Below, one piece after another: positions 35,146-43,137 of a stretch of DNA of 43,137 nt (within the stretch, counting starts at the first letter, position 1; every line of letters starts with the position of its first letter). The DNA lies in IMG/VR virus record IMGVR_UViG_3300032024_000049, positions 1 through 43,137 of that record. The stretch is one strand, 5' to 3'. The notes under the pieces were generated by a model, which made no database searches, was not told the origin of the DNA, and worked only from the letters and a program-made list of their open reading frames with translations. The translations under genes were made by a program, and so were the position numbers. The DNA is from a virus. Its lineage: Duplodnaviria > Caudoviricetes.

Positions 35146-36122
35146 TGACGGGCAGCAATCAAGGCGTCGATATGGGCCGCAACCTGGGCAACCAAATCAA
35201 GCCGGTTTGCCAAGAGCGGAAGGGCAGGAACGCCAGCGTCGACGCAACACTGGTTCACTTCGGCTTGCGTCACCTTCTGCCCCTGGATAGCGGCGGACGC
35301 ACGGCCAACCAGCGCAACGAACATTGCGCGGGCATCGGCCGGGACTTCACCAACGACGGGGGCTTGGGGTGCAGCCGGCGGCAAGGGTGCGGCAACGGCC
35401 GGAGATACGGAAGCGGTCGGCAAGTTCGCAGTAACCGGGGCGGCCGGCGCAAGGGGAGGGGTCGGAGCGATAGGCGCAGTCGTAGGGGCCAAAGGGGTAA
35501 CGCCCGGCGCCCCCATTAGCTGGCGCAATTCGGCTTCAACCTGGGCAACCTGCGCCGGGTCGAGTTTGCGCTTTTTGCGCCAGGTGCCGTCGGCAATCTT
35601 GCCTTTGCTTTCCGCATGAATGCGGTTATCCCAAGGCATGCCCTTGGCGTCCAAATCGACACCCGCGACCGAAGAGGCAACGCCAGGCGTCGTCGTAATC
35701 GGGGCAGTATTCGCCGGGGGCGGCGGGGCAACGGTAGAGGCCGCCGCACCGGGAGGGATGGAAAGGGCCAAAGGGGCGGGGGGTACTCCAAAGGCCGCGG
35801 CCGGAGCAAGACCAACGTCGGCAAGAGTAGGGCCGGCCGCACCTTGCCCAAAAATGGCATTCAGTTTGGCGGCGTCCGCGTCAAGTGCCGGCGAACCGTG
35901 GGTGCCAAATGCGGCGACCGGCATCGTGGATTCGTGGTCATGCTGCAATTTGCCCAACTCGACGAGACTTTGGTCGGCGGTATCCTTACGGATAAATGCC
36001 GGAATCTCCGCGCCGCACGTTCCGGCACAAGCCTTGCCGGGGTAAGCCAAAATAAAACCGGCGACTGCTTCGCGTTGCTCTTGGGACATGTCGGTCGGGT
36101 CGACGCTGATTTGAATGCTCAT
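35142..36122 (-). CDS. Pro/Ala-rich hypothetical replication-region protein
   Basis: GGAG RBS before MSIQISVD; LD..G.PWD.RIH...K...DGTWR..R module. Confidence 0.8.
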   Translation of the reverse strand: MSIQISVDPTDMSQEQREAVAGFILAYPGKACAGTCGAEIPAFIRKDTADQSLVELGKLQHDHESTMPVAAFGTHGSPALDADAAKLNAIFGQGAAGPTLADVGLAPAAAFGVPPAPLALSIPPGAAASTVAPPPPANTAPITTTPGVASSVAGVDLDAKGMPWDNRIHAESKGKIADGTWRKKRKLDPAQVAQVEAELRQLMGAPGVTPLAPTTAPIAPTPPLAPAAPVTANLPTASVSPAVAAPLPPAAPQAPVVGEVPADARAMFVALVGRASAAIQGQKVTQAEVNQCCVDAGVPALPLLANRLDLVAQVAAHIDALIAARQ

Positions 36123-36168
36123 GGTTAAAAATCTCCGAAAGTTGATGAAGGGCATTGACTACGGGGCA

Positions 36169-36198
36169 ACTATAAACCGATAATGACGCTACCGTCAA
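36169..36198 (-). promoter_or_regulatory. Class B promoter/operator at the divergence point
   Basis: Minus strand TTGACG-GTAGCGTCATTATCGGTT(18)-TATAGT; TGACG-N4-CGTCA palindrome. Confidence 0.75.
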
Positions 36199-36214
36199 CA
36201 GGGTGTAGATAAAA

Positions 36215-37240
36215 ATGATTTTGAACTTGGATTGCCGACACGGCCTTGCGATGCTCCCGGACAACAGCGTCGACGCGATAGTTTGCGACCCTCCTTACGG
36301 GCTCCGCTTCATGCAAGCGAAATGGGATTATGACGTACCTGGCGTCGACATTTGGGTCGAGTGCTTGCGCGTTCTCAAGCCTGGCGGCCACTTGCTGGCG
36401 TTCGCCGGCACACGGACACAGCACCGCATGGCGGTACGCATTGAGGATGCCGGCTTTGAAATCCGCGACATGATCGCTTGGGTCTACGGCAGCGGCTACC
36501 CCAAACACCGGAGCAGCTTAAAGCCAGCCTTGGAGCCCATAACCATGGCCCGCAAGCCGGCGGAACGTGCGACCCTGCTCAATATCGACGCGTGCCGTGT
36601 TGGAACAGAAAGCACGATTCGACCAAATGGCCCGATTGGATATCACGGGGGCGGAAGCGGGGGAATTGGCGGGAGTGAATCCGGGCGTTACCCCGCAAAC
36701 CTGATCCATGACGGAAGCGACGAGGTGCTTGCGCTATTCCCGGACAGCGCGGGGTCGGGGGGCAGCGTGCCAAACGTCAAAATTAGCGGCTACGGGGACG
36801 GAGCGGTCGGCACGGGCTCCGCTGAATACTTGGGCGGCGAACGCACCAAGGTTGATTGCGGAACCGGCAGCGCGGCACGCTTCTTCTATTGCGCCAAGGC
36901 TGGCAAGCGCGACCGCAATGAAGGCTTGGAAGCGTTTCCCGACATAATTTGGCAAACTGTGGCGACCTCCGGGTTGTCAAAACACAGTGACGGTTCCCCG
37001 CGCAATATGAGCCCCGAGGCCAAAAACCCGCATCCTACCGTTAAGCCGACGGAGCTTATGCGCTATCTATGCCGCCTGGTCACGCCGCCGGGCGGGCTGA
37101 TCGTTGACCCCTTTGCTGGATCCGGTAGCACTGGCAAGGCGGCGATTCTTGAGGGTTTCCAGTTCGTTGGTTTTGAATTGGACCCGCAATATACCGCCAT
37201 TGCCAATGCTCGATTGGAGGCCGCCCGCCATGCAGCTTAG
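36215..37240 (+). CDS. DNA amino-methyltransferase (N6-A/N4-C, beta class)
   Basis: DPPY catalytic motif near the N-terminus; HPTVKP and DPFAGSGST near the C-terminus. Confidence 0.92.
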   Translation: MILNLDCRHGLAMLPDNSVDAIVCDPPYGLRFMQAKWDYDVPGVDIWVECLRVLKPGGHLLAFAGTRTQHRMAVRIEDAGFEIRDMIAWVYGSGYPKHRSSLKPALEPITMARKPAERATLLNIDACRVGTESTIRPNGPIGYHGGGSGGIGGSESGRYPANLIHDGSDEVLALFPDSAGSGGSVPNVKISGYGDGAVGTGSAEYLGGERTKVDCGTGSAARFFYCAKAGKRDRNEGLEAFPDIIWQTVATSGLSKHSDGSPRNMSPEAKNPHPTVKPTELMRYLCRLVTPPGGLIVDPFAGSGSTGKAAILEGFQFVGFELDPQYTAIANARLEAARHAA

Positions 37241-38894
37241 ACCGTATCAAATGGAAATCCACGACGCCATTGCGGATGCGTGGTCGGCTGGAAATCAAAA
37301 TGTGCTTGCATGCCTTCCGACTGGAGGGGGCAAGACTGTGACATTCAGCCATATCGTCAAGGAAGAACCTGGATCATCTATCGTGCTGGCGCACCGGGCG
37401 GAACTGGTCGCGCAAATGTCGCTGGCACTTGCTCGCGAAGAGGTACGCCACCGCATAATAGGGCCGTCGTCGCTGGTTCGGCTTTGCGTCAACGCCCATG
37501 TCGGGGAGCTGGGGCGACCCTTTTATGATGCAAACGCAAAAACAGGCGTCGCCAGCGTGCAGAGTGTCACCGCGCATAAGGACGGCTCGCAATGGTTCGA
37601 CCAGATTCGGCTATGGGTGCATGACGAAGCGCACCATTTGCTTAGGGAAAATCAGTTCGGCAAGGCGGTCGCCAGGTTCCCAAATGCCCGCGGGCTTGGG
37701 GTGACTGCCACGCCGGGTCGGGCAGACGGGCGCGGGCTGGGGCGGCATGCCGACGGCCTGTTCGATACCATGGTTATGGGGCCTACCCCACGCTGGCTGA
37801 TCGACCAAGGGTTCCTGTCGCAATACAAGATTTTTGCGCCACCAAGCGACCTTGACCTAACCGCCGTGCACGTAACCGCGAGCGGCGATTACAGTCCGCC
37901 CGAACTAAAGGTGGCCACGCAGAAATCGACCGTGCTAGGCGATACCGTGACACATTACGTCAAGCACGCGTCGGGCAAATCTGGCCTAACCTTCGCCGAT
38001 AGCGTCGAGAATGCCACCGATATCGCGGCACGCTTCCGTGATGCTGGCGTAAGTGCTGAGGTATTGACGGGCAAAACACCCGACGCTTTGCGGGCCAATG
38101 TCATCGCCAAATTCAAGACGCGCCAAGTAATGCAAATAGTGTCTGTCGCCCTGATCGACGAGGGTTTTGATTGCCCTGGTGTGGAAGTCGTGAGCGATGC
38201 GGCAGCAACACAATCATTCAATCGCTTCGCCCAACGATTCGGACGTGGCTTGCGGATCATGGACGGCAAATCACATATGATCTATCTCGATCACGTCGGG
38301 AACACCCTCCGGCACGGGCTCCCGGACGCCCGCCGGGAGTGGTCACTAGACCGCCTGGAGCGCCGGAGCAACGGCAAGTCGGACGCCATCCCAATGCGAG
38401 TTTGCGTCAACCCCGAGTGCGTCCAACCCTACGAACGCGTCTACAAATGCTGCCCGTATTGCGGCCACTACCCGCCCCCGCCAAGCCGAAGCGCCCCGGA
38501 GTTTGTCGACGGCGACCTGTTGGAGCTTGACGCGGAAACACTGGCCGCCTTGCGTGGGGAGATTGCCCGCATTGACGGCGACCCGGTCATTCCCTACGGC
38601 GCCGGGCCGGAAGTGGTCGGGGCTGTCCGCCGCCGGCATTGGGAACGGCAACAGGGCCAAGCGGCCTTGCGGAACGTTATTGCCTGGTGGGCGGGGCTTG
38701 AGAATGCCCAAGGCCACGGGGAGTCCGAAAGTTACCGCCGCTTTTATCATCGCTTCGGGGTCGACGTCGCCAATGCCCAAACCCTCAACGCAAAGGACGC
38801 CGGGGAGCTTGCCGAACGTGTCCGCGTCGAACTTGCTAAATATGGTATTGACGGAACCGTCAACGCCGGGGCATACTTTGCAAATCAGGGGTAA
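37230..38894 (+). CDS. SF2 DEAH-box helicase with C-terminal Zn finger
   Basis: LRPYQ, PTGGGKT, DEAHH, TATP, EGFD and QRFGRGLR motifs. Confidence 0.93.
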   Translation: MQLRPYQMEIHDAIADAWSAGNQNVLACLPTGGGKTVTFSHIVKEEPGSSIVLAHRAELVAQMSLALAREEVRHRIIGPSSLVRLCVNAHVGELGRPFYDANAKTGVASVQSVTAHKDGSQWFDQIRLWVHDEAHHLLRENQFGKAVARFPNARGLGVTATPGRADGRGLGRHADGLFDTMVMGPTPRWLIDQGFLSQYKIFAPPSDLDLTAVHVTASGDYSPPELKVATQKSTVLGDTVTHYVKHASGKSGLTFADSVENATDIAARFRDAGVSAEVLTGKTPDALRANVIAKFKTRQVMQIVSVALIDEGFDCPGVEVVSDAAATQSFNRFAQRFGRGLRIMDGKSHMIYLDHVGNTLRHGLPDARREWSLDRLERRSNGKSDAIPMRVCVNPECVQPYERVYKCCPYCGHYPPPPSRSAPEFVDGDLLELDAETLAALRGEIARIDGDPVIPYGAGPEVVGAVRRRHWERQQGQAALRNVIAWWAGLENAQGHGESESYRRFYHRFGVDVANAQTLNAKDAGELAERVRVELAKYGIDGTVNAGAYFANQG

Positions 38895-38899
38895 AAATT

Positions 38900-39118
38900 A
38901 TGCAATCGCGTTTGAGCAGTTTTATAGAGTCAATGGCAAACGTTCTTATTGGATATTTCGTGTCGTTGCTGGTGCAATTGATCGTTTACCCGATGTTCGG
39001 GGGCGGCACTTCCAAACCAATGACCTTAAAGCAATTTCGGTTGCGCCTGGAAAAACAAGCCGACGACTTTGACTGCAACGACGAGGGGGGTTGTGGTTGT
39101 GCCCTAGCCGGAGAATGA
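38900..39118 (+). pseudogene. Chimeric ORF: membrane-protein N-terminus plus a GGCGC-ending C-terminus
   Basis: MQSRLSSFIES..NV..G...YPMFG joined to GGTSKPMTLKQFR...EGGCGC. Confidence 0.5.
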
Positions 39119-39600
39119 GCCCCGCCGTCTACCAATGGGCCGCCCGACATGGGGTCACGCTGGCCGCCCTCAATGAGTTGCAAGCCCTCTTTGGTATGCA
39201 CGGCGGCCACGACCTACCGCCGGAAGTAAAGGGCACCAGTGAGGCCGCGGTACAAGCCGCCGTGCGCCTGGAAGCTGCCCGCAAGGGGGTCCGCCTGTTC
39301 CGCAACAACGTCGGCGCCCTGATTGATGCGCGGGGCGTCCCTGTGCGCTATGGCCTGGCGAATGAGTCCAAGCAGGTTAACGAAGTCATGAAGTCCGCGG
39401 ACCTTATCGGCTGGCGCCCCTTGCTCATTGAGCAACGCCACGTCGGCCAGTGCGTTGCCCTCTTCGTGTCCCGTGAGTGCAAAAAAGTTGGCTGGCGGTA
39501 CACCGGCGACGACCATGAGCAAGCGCAATTGGCCTGGGCTCAACTGGTCACGGCTGGCGGGGGCGACGCTGCCTTCTGCACCGGGGTCGGAACCCTCTAA
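39115..39600 (+). CDS. VRR-NUC domain nuclease
   Basis: SEAAVQ, LFRNNVG, RYGLAN, SADLIG, ECK and Q..W...V...GG.A.F motifs. Confidence 0.88.
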   Translation: MSPAVYQWAARHGVTLAALNELQALFGMHGGHDLPPEVKGTSEAAVQAAVRLEAARKGVRLFRNNVGALIDARGVPVRYGLANESKQVNEVMKSADLIGWRPLLIEQRHVGQCVALFVSRECKKVGWRYTGDDHEQAQLAWAQLVTAGGGDAAFCTGVGTL

Positions 39601-39607
39601 TTTATCG

Positions 39608-39636
39608 TTGACGGCCGCGTCAATAAAATACACAAT
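39608..39636 (+). promoter_or_regulatory. Class B promoter/operator upstream of the TetR-like gene
   Basis: TTGACG-GCCG-CGTCAA palindrome; 17-nt spacer; CACAAT as -10. Confidence 0.7.
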
Positions 39637-39665
39637 ACAAAGTAATTTCACCTGAGTAGACAGCC

Positions 39666-39977
39666 ATGACAAAAAAGCGCCTTTTGCCCGACGACCGGAA
39701 GCTGGAAATTTTGAACGCTGCCATGAAAGTCGCCGGTCGACCTGGGGGCTGGGCCAAGCTGACCCGCGACGCCGTCGCCAAGGAAGCCGGTTGCGCCGAG
39801 GGCCTGCCGTCAAAGTATTTTGGCACCATGATTAGCTTCCGTCGTTCCATCATGCGGGCCGCCATCGTTGCCGAAGAATTGGGCGTTATTGCCCAAGGAC
39901 TTGCGGCCGGCGATAAGTGCGCCCAAAAGGCCGACGAAAGCCTTAAGCGTAGGGCGCTTGAAACGCTTGCAGGTTAA
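39666..39977 (+). CDS. TetR-like HTH transcriptional regulator
   Basis: RKLEILNAA...G....TRDAVAKEAGCAEGL...YF. Confidence 0.82.
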   Translation: MTKKRLLPDDRKLEILNAAMKVAGRPGGWAKLTRDAVAKEAGCAEGLPSKYFGTMISFRRSIMRAAIVAEELGVIAQGLAAGDKCAQKADESLKRRALETLAG

Positions 39978-39982
39978 CCCAA

Positions 39983-40165
39983 ATGACATTTAAATCGATT
40001 ATTGAATGGGTCCGTTTTGGGCGAATCACGTCGATTACAAGGGCGGTCGACGGCGGGGTTGCTTCGGAAATCGAATACCGCGGGCGATTTGGTAGGACCA
40101 TCGGCTATTTTTCTTACGGAGCGTACGACCCGTCGCTTCCTTATCCCCCAAAGTCTGAGCGTTGA
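39983..40165 (+). CDS. Hypothetical protein
   Basis: Fills the gap before primase; E.EY..R.G..IGY..YG.YDP..PY. Confidence 0.6.
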   Translation: MTFKSIIEWVRFGRITSITRAVDGGVASEIEYRGRFGRTIGYFSYGAYDPSLPYPPKSER

Positions 40166-40167
40166 CC

Positions 40168-42561
40168 ATGCAAGAGTTACCACCAGCCCTAGCGGCAATG
40201 GGAGCGTATCGGCAATTTATTGTCTATGTTGCCCAGCCAAGCCGGACGCGCCCCGGAAAGACCGACAAGTACCCGGCAGATTTTCGAACCGGGCGAGTCG
40301 CCAATGCCCATGACGCCGCGATATGGACGGACGCCCCGACGGCCATCGCTGCGGCGGCGCAGTTTGGGGGAACCTACGGAGTGGGCTTTGTCTTTACCGA
40401 GGCTGACCCGTTCTGGTTCTTGGACCTCGACGGCTGCTTGCTGCCCGACGGTTCCGATTGGTCCCCAATGGCAAAGCAACTTTGCGGAGCGTTCGCCGGG
40501 GCCGCCATTGAGGTAAGCCAAAGCGGCCGGGGGCTGCATATCTTCGGCACCGGGCGCCCGCCCCCGCATGGCTGCAAAAATGAAGCCTTGGGCCTTGAGT
40601 TCTACCATACGGGCCGCTTCGTTGCCCTGACCGGGACCAGCGCCGCCGGCAACGCCGCGACCGATTGCTCCGCGATACTCCCGACCCTGGTTGCAAACTA
40701 CTTTCCGCCGGACGCCGTGCAATCCTTGGAACAGGGTTGGACCGAAGGCCCCGCGGCCGAATGGCGCGGACCAACCGACGACGACGAACTTATCCGCCGG
40801 GCCTTGCGGTCACAATCAACCGCGGCGGCGTTTGGCGGCCGGGCCAGCTTTGCGGACCTGTGGACGGCAAACCTTGAAGCCCTGACCCGCTGCTATCCGG
40901 ACCCCGTGCGGGCCTATGATTCCAGCAGCGCCGACGCTGCCCTAGCCCAACACCTGGCCTTTTGGACCGGGAAGGATTGCGAACGAATCAAGCGGCTTAT
41001 GGAAAAGTCCGCATTGGTCCGGGACAAATGGGACCGGGAAGACTACTTGCCCCGCACCATCCTGGGGGCCGTAGGGCGTCAATTTGAAGTGCTGACGGAC
41101 AAGTCCCCGGAACCTGTGGCCGGCACGCCTGACAGCCCCGCCCCCAGCGCCACGAACGAACCGCCCCGGCCGACGATGGTGACGGGCTCCACCTTCGTGA
41201 ACAACGACCTGCAATTGGAAATGTTCGCGGGGTGCGTGTATATACGCGACTTGCATCGGGTCTTGGTCCCCGGCGGCAATATGTTGAAGCCGGAGCAATT
41301 CAAGGTTGCCTATGGCGGCTACACCTTCACCATGGACACGGCGAACGAAAAGACAACCCGGGACGCCTGGGAAGCCTTCACGCAAAGCCAGGCGTACCGC
41401 TGCCCCCGTGCCGACTCCACTTGCTTCCGGCCGGACCAGCCCCCGGGCGCCATCATTCAGCGGGGCGGGCAAACCTTCGTCAACACCTATTGGCCGGTCG
41501 AAGTCCCGCGCCTGGCCGGCGACGGTACGCCCTTCCTTAATCACTTGGCGAAGGTGCTACCGGACGCCCGCGACCGCTTTATCCTGCTGTGCTACATGGC
41601 CGCATGCGTGCAACATAAGGGCGTCAAGTTACAATGGGCTCCCTTGTTGCAGGGCGTCGAAGGCAACGGCAAAACCCTGTTCACCCGTTGCGTTGCGGAA
41701 GCTGTGGGGCGCCGTTATGTCCATTGGCCCAAGGCGTCGAAGCTGGCCGCGCAGTTCAATAGCTGGATGCTGCGCAAGGTCTTCTATGGCGTTGAGGATA
41801 TCTATTTGCCGGACAGCCGGGCGGAAGTCTTTGAGGAATTGAAGCCGATGATTACCGGCGGCGACGGCCTTGAGATTGAAGGCAAGGGCGTTGACCAAAT
41901 CTCCGCTGACGTGTGCGGCAATTTTATGCTGAACAGCAACCATAAGGACGCTGTACGCAAGACCCAAAACGACCGCCGGATTTGCATTTTGTTTTGTGCC
42001 CAACAGCAGGCCGAAGACTTGACGCGCGACGGCATGGACGGGGAGTATTTCCCCAAGCTGTACGACTGGCTTCGTGCCGACGGGTACGCCATCGTTTCCG
42101 ATTTGCTCCACACGTTTCCAATTCCGGACGAATACAACCCCGCGACCAAGTGCCAGCGGGCGCCGGTCACGACGTCGACAAGCCTTGCGATTGCCGCCAG
42201 TACCGGGGGCGTCGAACAGGAAGTCCACGAAGCCATCGCGCAAGGGCTCCCGGGCTTTTGCGGCGGCTGGATATCATCTATTCAACTCGACCGCCTGCTG
42301 GAACGCTTGGGGGTTGCCCGCCGCGTCACGCACTCCAAGCGCAAGGAAATGTTGGAAGCCCTGGGCTATGCCTATCATCCCGCCCTTGTGGAAGGTCGGG
42401 TCAACAATCTGGTATTGCCGGACGGCGGCAAGCCGCGCTTGTTCGTCCATAAGGACAGCCAGGCCCGGGCCATTCAGGGCGCCGCGGAAGCCGCCAAGGC
42501 ATACGAACAGGCCAACAATCATAACCGCGTGCCGTTCCCCCTGGCACCCGTCCACGCGTAG
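40168..42561 (+). CDS. Primase-polymerase fused to an SF3-type helicase (DUF5906-like)
   Basis: FLDLD, EVSQSGRGLH, D.S.AD.AL...LAFW; Walker A GVEGNGKT. Confidence 0.9.
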   Translation: MQELPPALAAMGAYRQFIVYVAQPSRTRPGKTDKYPADFRTGRVANAHDAAIWTDAPTAIAAAAQFGGTYGVGFVFTEADPFWFLDLDGCLLPDGSDWSPMAKQLCGAFAGAAIEVSQSGRGLHIFGTGRPPPHGCKNEALGLEFYHTGRFVALTGTSAAGNAATDCSAILPTLVANYFPPDAVQSLEQGWTEGPAAEWRGPTDDDELIRRALRSQSTAAAFGGRASFADLWTANLEALTRCYPDPVRAYDSSSADAALAQHLAFWTGKDCERIKRLMEKSALVRDKWDREDYLPRTILGAVGRQFEVLTDKSPEPVAGTPDSPAPSATNEPPRPTMVTGSTFVNNDLQLEMFAGCVYIRDLHRVLVPGGNMLKPEQFKVAYGGYTFTMDTANEKTTRDAWEAFTQSQAYRCPRADSTCFRPDQPPGAIIQRGGQTFVNTYWPVEVPRLAGDGTPFLNHLAKVLPDARDRFILLCYMAACVQHKGVKLQWAPLLQGVEGNGKTLFTRCVAEAVGRRYVHWPKASKLAAQFNSWMLRKVFYGVEDIYLPDSRAEVFEELKPMITGGDGLEIEGKGVDQISADVCGNFMLNSNHKDAVRKTQNDRRICILFCAQQQAEDLTRDGMDGEYFPKLYDWLRADGYAIVSDLLHTFPIPDEYNPATKCQRAPVTTSTSLAIAASTGGVEQEVHEAIAQGLPGFCGGWISSIQLDRLLERLGVARRVTHSKRKEMLEALGYAYHPALVEGRVNNLVLPDGGKPRLFVHKDSQARAIQGAAEAAKAYEQANNHNRVPFPLAPVHA

Positions 42562-42572
42562 GAGCCAAGACC

Positions 42573-42782
42573 ATGAAACTGGTAACAGCAAAAAAGCAAC
42601 ATAGGTGCGATGGGTGCGGAAGGCTCATTGACGTCGGTGAAGGGTATTGGCAGAAACACGAAGACCACGGCGACGCCGTCAATTTCAAAGAGCATACCAA
42701 TTGAGGCTTGGCAGAATTCAACCGGATTGCCGTACTGCCGGAAGGATTCAACCAAAACCGGAAAATGAAGGTGCCGTCGTGA
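42573..42782 (+). pseudogene. Zn-finger ORF with an internal TGA at 42702-42704
   Basis: AGGAG RBS; A.K.H.CDGC...I..GE.Y...HTN*; the frame stays open for 25 more codons. Confidence 0.45.
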
Positions 42783-42988
42783 TTACCCGCCAACCACATA
42801 CCCATTTGACTTGCGGGTTTTGCATACGGTCGAAGCCGCACGAAACCAAAGGCGGCCAGCCGATTTGCCCGGAATGTTTGGACGATTGGAATAAATACTT
42901 TCCGCCCGTTGACGTAGGTAAATTATTTAGCTATAGTTCGTCCCGTAGTATCCTTAATTCACCTGGAGAGGTACACCATGAAGATTGA
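42779..42988 (+). CDS. Small Zn-finger protein
   Basis: GTG start in a GTGA overlap; CGFC...CPEC; reads through promoter A5. Confidence 0.5.
   Translation: MITRQPHTHLTCGFCIRSKPHETKGGQPICPECLDDWNKYFPPVDVGKLFSYSSSRSILNSPGEVHHED
42909..42937 (+). promoter_or_regulatory. Class A promoter/operator
   Basis: TTGACG-TAGGTAAATTATTTAGC-TATAGT. Confidence 0.88.
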
Positions 42989-43137
42989 AATCAAAAGCCG
43001 GTTTTCGCTTGAAGTGCTTTTTAGCCATGAATGCGAAGGCAACAGCGTCGCAATTACTTTGGCCGCCGCGATAAACGCGAAAGCGAACCTTTACGGCGCG
43101 AACCTTCGCAGCGCGGACCTTTACGGCGCGAACCTTG
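42978..43137 (+). CDS. Pentapeptide-repeat protein, N-terminal part (runs off the end and continues at the window start)
   Basis: GGAGAGG RBS; MKIEIKSRFSLEVLFSHECE...AKANLYGANLRSADLYGANL. Confidence 0.85.
   Translation, partial: MKIEIKSRFSLEVLFSHECEGNSVAITLAAAINAKANLYGANLRSADLYGANL

Noticed and set aside
1-43137. Lysogeny module or prophage context
   Set aside because: No integrase, ParA or CI/Cro pair and no host genes recognised; the ends join within one gene.
1-43137. Genome-wide stop-codon reassignment
   Set aside because: Core genes are intact in the standard code and use TAA, TAG and TGA as stops.

Overview
This window is an apparently near-complete ~43 kb genome of a contractile-tailed dsDNA phage (myovirus). 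Its gene order and protein families resemble the Bcep781/phiPLPE/JD001-type myoviruses (recognised from memory, not by search). It is linearised inside a pentapeptide-repeat gene that spans both ends. On the + strand, 1.9-26.9 kb holds terminases, portal, head, neck, sheath/tube, a frameshifted tail chaperone, a tape measure with an SLT domain, baseplate, a beta-helix tail fibre and lysis genes. On the - strand, 26.8-36.1 kb holds small early genes, a family-B DNA polymerase, and MazG-like, SSB-like and Cas4/PD-(D/E)XK genes. On the + strand, 36.2-43.1 kb holds a DNA MTase, SF2 helicase, VRR-NUC, TetR-like regulator and primase-helicase. I see no integrase, tRNA or CRISPR array. Most notable: (1) two integron attC-like sites at 27.5-27.9 kb bracket a complete gene cassette whose ORF lies antisense to the attC and co-directional with the phage early operon, although the phage has no integron integrase; (2) two distinct families of sigma70 promoters each carry their own palindromic operator (5 and 4 copies), including one driving an unannotated 40-aa HTH gene between terminase and portal; (3) a holin-like/endolysin fusion. 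All family assignments come from motif recognition and synteny; no database searches were run.
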